Shown here one piece after another: positions 1 to 9,700 of a stretch of 64,000 nucleotides of DNA. The DNA is from Bacteroidota bacterium (GTDB taxonomy: Bacteria > Bacteroidota > Bacteroidia > CAIKAF01): the NCBI GenBank assembly GCA_016866335.1, contig VGMT01000004.1, forward strand, positions 15,294-79,293, given 5' to 3'. Position 1 is the first letter of the stretch; every line of letters begins with the position of its first letter. Below the pieces are notes generated by a model. It was not told where the DNA came from. It saw nothing but the letters and a program-made list of their open reading frames with translations, and made no database searches. The position numbers were made by a program, and so were the translations under genes.

Positions 1-827
1 AGGCCATAGATAAATAAGGAAACCGAAATGGCTGCAGGGTTTCGGAACAAAATAGATTTTCCGGCCCAGCGTAGGCGTTGTTTTAGGGCAAGGGCTAGGG
101 TTTTGGCTCCCCTAACCTTCAAATTAGGACAAGGAAGGGTTTCGACCGAGTGGGTTCCAAAGTGTGAAATGACATGGTGCAACAAAAACACATCGTCGCC
201 TGAGCTGCCGGGGCCTAGGCAGGAGCGCAGGGGGTCAGAGAGTCGTTTTGACCGTACCGCCAAGGCGGCGCCGCTGCATAAAAAGGGAAAACCCCAGCCG
301 GCCATTCCAGCGGCGGTAAACATATTGGCTCGAAAATCTTCTGCATCTAGGGCATTCCCCATCAACCTTGGTAAACCGACCACCAAAATGGTATGCTCAG
401 AAACTTGGTTCAGGGCCTTTTCCCAATCGACCATGCAGGCTTCGGTCCATTCAACATCGGCATCGGTATGCAGGCTCCACTCAGCAGGATTGTTCTTCCA
501 GCCCGTAATGAGCGCGTCTTTTTTTCCTTGGCCATCATTTTGAAACAGGGTTGCTTGCTGCTGTTCTAAAAGGAAGGGGCCAGAATCTGAGGAGTGGTCG
601 TTAATCCATAAAAAGAGGGATTTTCGGTGTGGGGGCGTATGGGCAAAAAAGCGTTGGATGTTGTTGGCCTCGTTTCGGAAAGGCAGCAGCCAAGAAAGAG
701 AGGGGAGGGGGGAGTTTGGATTTGGTGTCGAGGGTTGCAGCCAGCGGCGTTGTAAGCGAAAGTTCCCTGTAAGCAGGAAGAGAAGCCAGCCAATCCAGAG
801 GGCGATCAAAAGGGAGGGCAGCATCAT
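1..827 (-). CDS. Glycosyltransferase family 2. The 3' end runs off the left edge and the ORF is absent from the supplied ORF track.
   Basis: Hand translation of the minus strand from the ATG at 827 stays open to position 1. That ATG forms an ATGA overlap with the stop of the upstream ORF at 824-826. Translation: MMLPSLLIALWIGW..LPFRNEANNI..LWINDHSSDSG..GKKDALITGW..LHTDADVEW..CSGAALAVRSKRL..GDDVFLLH..KQRLRWAGK. This is the usual GT2 motif order. Confidence 0.7.
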   Translation of the reverse strand, partial: MMLPSLLIALWIGWLLFLLTGNFRLQRRWLQPSTPNPNSPLPSLSWLLPFRNEANNIQRFFAHTPPHRKSLFLWINDHSSDSGPFLLEQQQATLFQNDGQGKKDALITGWKNNPAEWSLHTDADVEWTEACMVDWEKALNQVSEHTILVVGLPRLMGNALDAEDFRANMFTAAGMAGWGFPFLCSGAALAVRSKRLSDPLRSCLGPGSSGDDVFLLHHVISHFGTHSVETLPCPNLKVRGAKTLALALKQRLRWAGKSILFRNPAAISVSLFIYG

Positions 828-1843
828 TCCTTGGGAGGATTTTTTAATAAAAAATAAAATCCGGGAATGGCCGGCAGGGCCAAATTAATAAGCCACAACA
901 AAGTAGAAACCAGAAGAGCGTGTGCAGGGGCAATCCCGATTTTACCCAAAAACAGAACCGAAAGGGAGCCACGTGAGGCCAGTTCAGTAAAAGCAAACGA
1001 AGGCAGCAGGGCATTTCCGAAAAAGATGAAAGCCACTGCTGGAAAAACGAGGTATAAAGGCAGGTTGATTCCCAAGGTCTGCAGGCCGATATACCACTGC
1101 ATCAAAAACACCAAGTAGCGCAAAAAAGCCCATCTCAAACCGCTAAGCCAGTTATTAGGTCGGATTCCTCGGCCTGCCTTCTTGAGTTGGTTTTTGAATC
1201 TATTGGGAGCCCATCGGTAGGTTTTGCGGATGGCCAAAGGCAGCTTTAGCAGGAAAAACACCAGTAAACTAAGTCCAATCAAACGGATAGCCCACCGAAA
1301 TGGGAGTAAATAGGATGGAAAAACCGAATCGGGTACCCAGTATTCCCAAGCCAGTGCTCCCCCAACCAAGGTAGCACAAAGTTGGGCAAGGCTGCCTACC
1401 ATTGCCGAGGTTCCCAATGTCCAACGGAGCTTTTGGGGAAGGCTTAAAATTCGTCCTATCCATTCACCGGTACGGTTGGGCGAAAAAAGTGCCGCTGCCA
1501 TACCAGCCAAAAACACCCTAAACCAGGTAAAAAAAGGAATGCCAAGTAAGGGCGGGGATAAACTCCTCCATTTGTAAATTTCTAAGGTCCAATTGAGGGG
1601 TGCCAGAATCAACAAAAGGCAGAACCAGTTCCAATGAATTTGAGGCCAGATTGTGTGGGGGAAGGAAGAGAGCATGAACATCAAATACCCGAATGAGCAA
1701 AGAGCAAGAAATGCCTTGACTATGAAAAGCCCATTTGGAACGGTATATTTGTATTTCGCATTCAACCGCGTAAAAGTAACCAATCCTTCAGGCTTGCCCA
1801 ACCCCCAACGCATACTCGGAATAGACCCTGGCACCACCATCAT
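824..1843 (-). CDS. UPF0104 / lysyl-phosphatidylglycerol-synthase-TM-like (flippase-like) integral membrane protein
   Basis: 339-aa polytopic ORF. The C-terminal half (..YLVFLMQWYIGLQTLGINLP..FGNALLPSFAFTELASRGSLSVLFLG..LLWLINLALPAIPG) resembles the UPF0104 family. It is translationally coupled to the GT2 gene downstream. The start is uncertain because the 5' end overlaps divergent ruvC; ATGs at 1681 and 1675 are alternatives. Confidence 0.6.
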   Translation of the reverse strand: MMVVPGSIPSMRWGLGKPEGLVTFTRLNAKYKYTVPNGLFIVKAFLALCSFGYLMFMLSSFPHTIWPQIHWNWFCLLLILAPLNWTLEIYKWRSLSPPLLGIPFFTWFRVFLAGMAAALFSPNRTGEWIGRILSLPQKLRWTLGTSAMVGSLAQLCATLVGGALAWEYWVPDSVFPSYLLPFRWAIRLIGLSLLVFFLLKLPLAIRKTYRWAPNRFKNQLKKAGRGIRPNNWLSGLRWAFLRYLVFLMQWYIGLQTLGINLPLYLVFPAVAFIFFGNALLPSFAFTELASRGSLSVLFLGKIGIAPAHALLVSTLLWLINLALPAIPGFYFLLKNPPKE

Positions 1844-2384
1844 GGGATTTGCACTAATAGAGGGGCAGGGAAAGGGTTCGCCCGGGCTAATTCAAATGGG
1901 GCAATTTAAATTGGATACCCGCCGAGAGCACTTTGAGCGCTTATTGGACATTCACCGATTTATATTGGAACTTATACGGACACACGAACCGGGGCAGTTG
2001 GCCATAGAGGCCCCCTTTTTCGGGAAAAACGTACAATCCATGTTGAAATTAGGCCGGGCACAGGGGGTGGTTATTGCCGCGGCCTTATCGTGTTCCATAC
2101 CTGTTTATGAATATGCGCCAAGGGAGGTGAAACAAGCAATAACAGGTCGGGGAGGAGCCGCCAAGGGACAATTGGCTGCCATGCTACACCATTTAATGGG
2201 CGAGTTGCCCCAGGGTTTAACCGAAGATGCCACCGATGCTTTGGGCGTGGCGGTTTGCCATTCATTTCGGCATTCAGGGCCATTGGAATTGCCCAAGCGC
2301 ACAAAAAACAAAAGTCTTGGGGCTGGCAAAAAGGGGGGCGCATGGACCCAGTTCTTGCAACAGAATCCAGACCGAAAATGCTAA
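1722..2384 (+). CDS. ruvC: Crossover junction endodeoxyribonuclease RuvC
   Basis: RILGIDPGTTIMGFALIE..LAIEAPFFGKNVQSMLKLGRAQGVV..YAPREVKQAITGRGGAAKGQ..DATDALGVAVCH. The ORF-track start at 1653 overlaps the divergent gene. An ATG at 1722 or an in-frame TTG at 1794 (giving ..PNPQRILGIDPG) is more plausible. Confidence 0.9.
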   Translation: MKSPFGTVYLYFAFNRVKVTNPSGLPNPQRILGIDPGTTIMGFALIEGQGKGSPGLIQMGQFKLDTRREHFERLLDIHRFILELIRTHEPGQLAIEAPFFGKNVQSMLKLGRAQGVVIAAALSCSIPVYEYAPREVKQAITGRGGAAKGQLAAMLHHLMGELPQGLTEDATDALGVAVCHSFRHSGPLELPKRTKNKSLGAGKKGGAWTQFLQQNPDRKC

Positions 2385-2452
2385 AGTTGAGGAATTGGAT
2401 TTGCAAGGCAAATAAAATTAATGTAAGTTAGAATCCTAAACGAAAAAGGGGA

Positions 2453-2872
2453 ATGGATACTCAACAATGGATTGGTTTAATTGGTGTTGTTGCCTATTGG
2501 CTTTTCAGGGCATACACCGCTTCGAAAAAGGGCTCAAAAACGGCTCCAGCTCCGGATTTAAAGGCCCCCAAACCAGAAGTAAAACCGCGAACAGAGTCCC
2601 CCAAGCCCTTGGAACCCATGGCGCCAAGCAAGCCGGCCGCCGAGCCTACCTACCCATGGGAATCGGTCGAAAAGGAATGGATGTACGAAGAAGAAACCGT
2701 TCAAACGAACGCATTTAGTTACGAAGACCCGGTGGTAGTTGAAAAGCCAAGGCCTAAAACGCTGCCTCAACTTCAGGTTAGCGAAAATGAGGTTAAGAAA
2801 CTAAAATTTAAGGGCTTTAATGGCCGTGATGCTGTTATATATCAGGCAATTATGAATAGGCCTACGCATTAA
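2453..2872 (+). CDS. Hypothetical protein with an N-terminal TM anchor and a Pro/Lys/Glu-rich linker
   Basis: 139-aa ORF with one N-terminal hydrophobic segment (WIGLIGVVAYWLF) followed by a low-complexity PKPE-rich region. No family recognised. Confidence 0.45.
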   Translation: MDTQQWIGLIGVVAYWLFRAYTASKKGSKTAPAPDLKAPKPEVKPRTESPKPLEPMAPSKPAAEPTYPWESVEKEWMYEEETVQTNAFSYEDPVVVEKPRPKTLPQLQVSENEVKKLKFKGFNGRDAVIYQAIMNRPTH

Positions 2873-2987
2873 TTGGTATAAAATTTACATGATTCAGGCA
2901 TGAACCTATTGTTAAAAGCCCTTAAATATCTACTTTTACCCACACTAATTTTAGGACAGGTTATGCCTGCCTTATAGGATATAGGAT

Positions 2988-5900
2988 ATGATTAAAAAAT
3001 TACTTCCGCTGCTATTGCTTCTGCTTTCCTTTCAAGGAAGCCTTATTGCCCAGGGTTCAACCGGCGAATTGAAGGGTGTTGTTAAAGACGATAAGGGGGA
3101 ACCGTTGCCCTTTGCCAACGTAGTTTTAATGAAAGATGCGGTTCAGGTGCGTGGTGCCTCTACCGATATGAACGGGACCTATTGGATGAAGGCTGTGCCT
3201 GCTGGCAAGTACCAATTGGTTTTTTCTGCCATTGGCTTCAATAAGTTGACCAAGGGGATTACAGTAGAATCGGGCGGCAACATCACTTTCGTCGATGCTC
3301 AGTTGCGTTCGGAAACCATCGTAGTAGAGGGCTATGATTTTGTGGAAGAGACGGTTCCTTTGATAAAGCGCGATGAAACCATGGTTCGTACAACCATTCG
3401 TCGAGAAGATATCTTAAAATTGCCCGGTCGTAGTCCATTGTCTGCTGTTACCACAGTAGGTGGCGTGTTTAGCCGAGACGGTGAAATTGGAAACATTCGT
3501 GGAGCCCGTTCTGGAGCTACTATTTTTATTGATGGTGTTAAAATTCGGGGCGGTTCTGCCAATCTGCCGCAACAGGCGGTTGAAGAAACTCAGGTTATCT
3601 TGGGAGGTGTGCCAGCAGCGTTCGGCGACGCAACCGGGGGTATCATTTTGTTGACAACGCGCGGAATATCCAACAAGTGGTTCGGAACCGTTGAGGGCCG
3701 CACCTCTCAATTTTTAGATAACTATCAGAACCATTTGTTTAGTGGCGCGGTGGGTGGTCCCCTTATTAAAAAGAAAAACAGGGAAGGAGTAAAAGTTCCG
3801 GTTGTTGGTTTTCTTGGCACGGTTGAGGGAGGCTACAGCGGAGATCCCTCGCCAGTTGCGGGAAAGATTTGGCGTGTAAAACCCAATGTGCTGCAAAACA
3901 TTCAACAAAACCCCATTCGTTTATCAGAAACGGGAACGGGAGCACTTTTAAATGCTGAGTTTTTGCGTCAGCAAGATTTTGAAACCATTCGGGCTCGACA
4001 AAATGTGGCCAGTTCTTCATTGAATATTCAAGGTAAAATTGACGTGTTGGCCTCGGAACGCACCATAATTACTGCGGGCGGGTTCGTGAATTTGTCGCAG
4101 GGTCGTGGTGGTCGTGACGGAGGAACCTACACTTCTTCCTTGTTTAACTGGGAAAACAATGGAGAATCAACCGATTTCACATGGAATGCTTGGGGGCGTA
4201 TAACCCATCGTTTTGCAAATCCTAGCGACTCATCCAACAAGGGTTTACGCAACGCTCTTGTATCGTTGCAGGTTGATTACCTGCGTGGGGCTGGAACATC
4301 TCAAGATGTTTTACACAAGGATAATTTTTTCAATTATGGGTACGTGGGTCGATTTGAGACCTTTCGGGCTCCTGTTTATCCAACCTATGGTTTAGATCCT
4401 AAAACCAACATGTCGGGGTATCTTTTTGGAGGTTTTGTTGATACCATGGTTACTTATCAGCCGGGTTCATTGAATCCTACATCTTCTGCGATTACAAGTC
4501 AGTACTACACCTTATTTGACAATCCGTTTGGAGTTTACAATAATTTGCCCAACATACAGCAAGGCGGGGCATTGCTAAATGGACAGTCGCCACGAAGCAT
4601 TTACAACCTGTGGTCGCATCCGGGCACTCAATTCAACGGGTACAGTATTTCCGACAACAACCAGTTTAGGGTAGTTGGTCAAGGTTCGGCTACCATTGGA
4701 GACCATGATTTTCAATTGGGATTTGAGTTTGAGCAACGGAACGATAATTTTTACAGTCTAGCTCCCGTTGGTTTGTGGCGGTTGGGCTGGCAGTTGGCCA
4801 ATCAACACCTTGGTGTAATTGATACTGCCGCTCCTGCTCCTGTGTACGATCCAGTAACAGGGGTTTTTAAAGATACCATCAACTATCCTGCATTGTACCG
4901 AGAAAACGAGCAACGCACAGCAGAAACCGGATACAAATTCGGGGTTGGTCAGGCCTTTTTTGATTGGAATTTGCGTCAGCAACTTGGCTTAAACGCCGAT
5001 GGTCTTGAAACCATTGATGTAGATGAGTTGGATCCTTCTACCTTCCGCCTCAATATGTTTAGCGCCGATGAATTGTTAAACCAAGGAAACAATTTGGTTA
5101 CCTATTGGGGATATGATGTTTATGGCAACAGGACGACTCAAAATGTAACTTTTGATGACTTCTTTACGGCCAAAGACCAATATGGCAACTTTACCCGCCC
5201 AATTGGGTCGTTCCAGCCCATTTATTTGGCTGGTTACCTTTCAGACAAGTTTTCGTTTAAAGACATTATTTTCAACGTAGGTGTTCGGGTAGACCGTTTT
5301 GATGCGAACCAGTCGGTTCTTGCCGACCGCTTTTCATTGTACCGTACCCGAAGCGCAGCTGAAGTAACAGAATTGAATGGCAACAGCATTTCGCACCCTG
5401 GAAACATAGGAAGCGATTATGTGGTTTATGTGAACGACCGTCAAAATCCCACTCAAATTTTGGGTTATAGAAACCAAAATGTTTGGTACAATTCCAACGG
5501 AGAGGTAATCAACGACCCTGCATTACTTCGTACCACTTCCGGTCGGGTTCAACCCTATTTGGTCGATGCTGCTGACGATATTCAAAGTGCAGGTTTTACT
5601 CCATCTGGAGCATTCCGCGACTACGATCCGCAGATCAACATCATGCCTCGGGTTTCTTTTAGCTTCCCAATTTCAGATAAAGTAGGTTTTACCGCTTATT
5701 ATGACGTGTTGACTCAGCGTCCTTCTGGAGCTGTTCGCTTGAATCCGCTTGATTATTTCTTTTGGGATAATGCTTCGTACAACTCAGGTGGAACCTTTTT
5801 CAACAATCCGAACCTTCGTCCTGAGCGTACTACCGATTTCTCATTGGGTTTCCGTCAGTTGTTGACCCCTTCAAGTGCACTGAAAATTTCAGCGTTTTAC

Positions 5901-6737
5901 CGTGAACTGCGCGACATGATTGCTTTGGTTCGGGTAAATGAAGCGTATCCTCGTACCTACGGCGGTTGGGACAACATCGACTTTGGTACCGTTAAGGGGG
6001 TAACCTTTGAATACGAGCTTCGCCGGACGGGTAATTTAAAGCTTACTGCTACGTACACCCTTCAATTTGCTGATGGAACAGGTTCTGACAATACATCGCA
6101 ATTGAATTTGGTAAACTCGGGCCAGCCCAACTTGCGCACCACAGTACCCACCAATTATGACCGCCGACATTTATTTACAGCTTTCTTGATTTATCGATTT
6201 GGTGGAGAGGAAAAAGGTCCTAATAAATACAACGGGCCTCAATCTTTGAAATTTCTTCTGCAAAACTTTGGCGCCAGTGCCACACTTCGGGGTGGCTCAG
6301 GGGTACCTTACAGCGGTCAATCGAATTTCACAGGTACTCAGTTGCTTTCAGGTGGAGGCCAGGCTTCTTTGGAGGGGTCAATCAATGGGAACAGGTTGCC
6401 ATGGGAGTTCGGTGTTGACTTAATGGTTGATAAGGACATCAATATTTTCTGGGGTAAGAAGAAGGAAGGAAAAGACAACGACAGCCGTAAAAAGTCAACC
6501 CTTAACCTTTATCTTCAGGTCTTAAACGTATTTGACATTCAAAATACCATTGGCGTATTTGCAGCCACAGGGAATGCCGATGACGATGGGTATTTGACTG
6601 CCCCTCAATTCCAGCCGTTTATCAACGGTCAAATTGACCCTGTTGCCTTCCGCGACATGTACACGTTGAAAGTAAATGACCCCCGCAATTTTAGCCTTCC
6701 ACGCCGCATGCGTATTGGCGCCATCTTGAACTTCTGA
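2988..6737 (+). CDS. TonB-dependent-receptor-like outer-membrane barrel with an N-terminal carboxypeptidase-regulatory-like domain
   Basis: Signal peptide MIKKLLPLLLLLLSFQGSLIAQ. CarboxypepD_reg-like segment GVVKDDKGEPLPFANVVL..GTYWMKAVPAGKYQLVFSAIGF. Plug-like segment LKLPGRSPLSAVTTVGGV..GNIRGARSGATIFIDGVKIRG. Long barrel region ending in the typical C-terminal ..RIGAILNF. Confidence 0.85.
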   Translation: MIKKLLPLLLLLLSFQGSLIAQGSTGELKGVVKDDKGEPLPFANVVLMKDAVQVRGASTDMNGTYWMKAVPAGKYQLVFSAIGFNKLTKGITVESGGNITFVDAQLRSETIVVEGYDFVEETVPLIKRDETMVRTTIRREDILKLPGRSPLSAVTTVGGVFSRDGEIGNIRGARSGATIFIDGVKIRGGSANLPQQAVEETQVILGGVPAAFGDATGGIILLTTRGISNKWFGTVEGRTSQFLDNYQNHLFSGAVGGPLIKKKNREGVKVPVVGFLGTVEGGYSGDPSPVAGKIWRVKPNVLQNIQQNPIRLSETGTGALLNAEFLRQQDFETIRARQNVASSSLNIQGKIDVLASERTIITAGGFVNLSQGRGGRDGGTYTSSLFNWENNGESTDFTWNAWGRITHRFANPSDSSNKGLRNALVSLQVDYLRGAGTSQDVLHKDNFFNYGYVGRFETFRAPVYPTYGLDPKTNMSGYLFGGFVDTMVTYQPGSLNPTSSAITSQYYTLFDNPFGVYNNLPNIQQGGALLNGQSPRSIYNLWSHPGTQFNGYSISDNNQFRVVGQGSATIGDHDFQLGFEFEQRNDNFYSLAPVGLWRLGWQLANQHLGVIDTAAPAPVYDPVTGVFKDTINYPALYRENEQRTAETGYKFGVGQAFFDWNLRQQLGLNADGLETIDVDELDPSTFRLNMFSADELLNQGNNLVTYWGYDVYGNRTTQNVTFDDFFTAKDQYGNFTRPIGSFQPIYLAGYLSDKFSFKDIIFNVGVRVDRFDANQSVLADRFSLYRTRSAAEVTELNGNSISHPGNIGSDYVVYVNDRQNPTQILGYRNQNVWYNSNGEVINDPALLRTTSGRVQPYLVDAADDIQSAGFTPSGAFRDYDPQINIMPRVSFSFPISDKVGFTAYYDVLTQRPSGAVRLNPLDYFFWDNASYNSGGTFFNNPNLRPERTTDFSLGFRQLLTPSSALKISAFYRELRDMIALVRVNEAYPRTYGGWDNIDFGTVKGVTFEYELRRTGNLKLTATYTLQFADGTGSDNTSQLNLVNSGQPNLRTTVPTNYDRRHLFTAFLIYRFGGEEKGPNKYNGPQSLKFLLQNFGASATLRGGSGVPYSGQSNFTGTQLLSGGGQASLEGSINGNRLPWEFGVDLMVDKDINIFWGKKKEGKDNDSRKKSTLNLYLQVLNVFDIQNTIGVFAATGNADDDGYLTAPQFQPFINGQIDPVAFRDMYTLKVNDPRNFSLPRRMRIGAILNF

Positions 6738-6748
6738 TTGATTCCAAA

Positions 6749-9700
6749 ATGTTGAAGTATATTTCGTTAAATCCCATTCTTATGAATAAGGTCCGGTCTA
6801 TTTTCGTTTTCTTAATGTCGGCCTCTTTAGCTGTACCTGCATTCGCGTATAAGCGCGGAGGAGAAACAGGTGGAAAGGCTTCCCCTGGCCCCGACAAGAA
6901 ACTGGCGGCGGATTGTTTGCCGCCTTCTGCCTCGGCCGAATTGAACGTGAACAACGTTCGTGCCTTGATCCATTCAGGGGGCGATATGTGGTGGGATTTG
7001 GTTCAAAATGCCCGATATGAAATCCCCAAAGGTTCTGGTCGCCACTCTATGTATGTGGGTACGCTGATTATTGGTGGTCGTGATGCCAATACTCAAACCC
7101 TTAGGGTTGCAGCTCAGCGTTATCGTTCAGGTGGTGTTGACTATTACACGGGTCCTCTTGACATTCTTGGTACTGCTGAAATTGATGCTGAAACCTGCGA
7201 TTTGTATGATCAATTGTGGGCTATTTCTCGTTCTCAGGTTGAGCAGTTCCGGCTGTGCAATTGCATTGATCCCGATGATCCCAGCTGCGAAGGGTATCAA
7301 GTTCCCGAAGTTATTATGAAATGGCCTGGGAATCCTGTCGTTCAGGCCGACGGGCAGCACCTGAATATGCAATCGCTTTTGGCTCCGTTTTACGATGCCA
7401 ATGGGGATGGAGTTTATCGGTACGAAGATTGCGACTATCCTTTCTATGACCTTGACAACAATGTGGATTGTTCTTCTGACCGTTCGGCTTTCCTGTATGG
7501 CGACTTTACGTTATGGTGGGTGTTCAACGACAAAGGAAATATTCATGGCGAATCTCAAGGGGATCCTATTGGTATGGAAATCCGGGCCCAAGGGTTTGGT
7601 TTTAACACCAATGATGAGATCAACAACATGACCTTTTACAACTACGAATTAATTAACCGCGGAACGACCACTTTGTCTTCTTGCTACTTTGGAGTGAATA
7701 TTGACTCGGACATTGGCGGAGCAAACGATGACTATACCGGTTGCGATGTAGAGCGCGGTTTTGGATTCATGTACAATGGAGATGCCAACGACGAAAATTT
7801 TTCGGGCCAACTTGGTTATGGCAGCAACCCACCTGCAATCGGTATTGATTTCTTTGAAGGACCCTATTTGGATTCCAATGGAGTTGCAGAGGTTTTTAAC
7901 CCATTAGACATTTCAAACCTTACAGATACCACTCGTTTTAGCAGCGCTTTTGCAATCAATGGATTGGGTTTCAACGACACCATTGCCGACAATGAGCGCT
8001 TTGGAATGCGACGCTATGTGTATTACAACAACCCTGGAACGGGCCCAACCCGCGACCCAAGTACAGCGCCGAACTACTACAATTATTTGCGCGGATTTTG
8101 GTTGGATAATACCCGGATGGTTTATGGTGGCGATGGTTACCCCACTCCCGGTAATGGTTCTACCAACATTGTAGCCGATTTTATGTTTCCTGGTGATTCC
8201 GACCCATTCAACTGGGGTACCAAAGGGATTGATCCAGGCTTTGACTGGAGGGAACAAAATACGGGTGCAGCCGACAACACACCTGGCGATCGCCGTTTTA
8301 TGCAATCTGCGGGTCCTTTTACCCTAAAGCCGGGTTTGGTAAACGACATTACCATCGGTGTGGTTTGGGCAAGGACATCTTCTGGCGATCCTTACGAATC
8401 GGTAATCAAGGTGTTGAGCGCCGACCAAAAGGCCCAATCGCTTTTCGAAAACTGTTTCCGAGTTTTGAATGGTCCCGATGCGCCTGATTTGAATGTTCAA
8501 GAACTTGACAGGGAATTGGTTCTTTTCTTAACCAATAAAGCAACATCAAACAACTATTTAGAAGAATACGAGGAGTTGAATTATTTCATTCCTGAGTTTG
8601 AATTGAAAACAACACCAGTTACAAAAGATACGACGGTCTATTCGCCAGCTTGGTCAAGACTGATTATCGACAATGGCGACACCTTGTTTGTCTTCAACTC
8701 TACCCCTATCAATGGATTTAATGCCGACACAACCATCCAATTGTTCGATGGCAATGGGAACGTTGTTGGTACCCAGTATGGATTTAACACCAATCCTAGT
8801 TTTCCAGTAATTACAACCATTAACCTAGGAAATAAAATTGATTCTGTTTTCAACGACAGAATGATTCGTTTTCAAGGTTATATGATTTATCAAATTAAGG
8901 ATGCAACCGTTACTGCTTCTGACATTTTTGCCAGCGATGGAAATACCAAAGCTAGGTTGGTGGCTCAGTGCGATATTCGGGATTTTGATGCCAATGGAAA
9001 TCCCATTGGCCGAATTGTGAATTTTGAATTTGATGAGGAACTTGGTTTTTCAATCCCTAAGGTTAAGGTGAACGGAAGCAACGAAGGAATTATTCACTCC
9101 TTCAACCTTAAAGAAGACCAATTTGCTTTGGGCGATAAGCGGTTGGTGAACCATAAGAAGTATTATTACATGGCTTTGGCCTATGGATATAATAATTACA
9201 GGAATTACGACCCCAACGATCCCTTGCAACTTGATGGACAAAAGGAACCCTTCTTCTTGGGCCGTAGGAACATTAAGGTTACAACGGCCATTCCACACAT
9301 ACCCGTTCCGGAGTTGAACGGAACGGTGCTTAATGCTTTGTATGGTTCAGGTCCTCAAATTGTTCGGGTAGAAGGCCGAGGTAACGGTGGAAACAACCTA
9401 ATGTTGACAGCTGAAACGGAGACCAAGATTTTGAATTCTCCTAATCATCGGGCCGACACGTTGGTGTACGACTACGGAATGGGGCCTGTAAATGTGAAAG
9501 TGATAGATCCCCTAAAGGTTCGGGGTGGCAATTACCAACTTCGGGTTATTGACGCAAATTCAGGAGCGGATGGAACCATTAATCCCAATGCTCGTTGGGT
9601 ATTGCTTGAACCAGGAAGTCCATTCGGAGACACAGTGGCTTTGTCAGAAAAAGATATGTCAACCCCATACGAGCAAATTATGTATGATCGCCGAGATATA

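Noticed and set aside
28-543. 171-aa plus-strand ORF at the left edge.
   Set aside because: It is antisense to a minus-strand reading frame that shows clear GT2 glycosyltransferase motifs and stays open to the window edge. The plus-strand product is low-complexity and Arg/Pro/Ala-rich with no recognisable motif.
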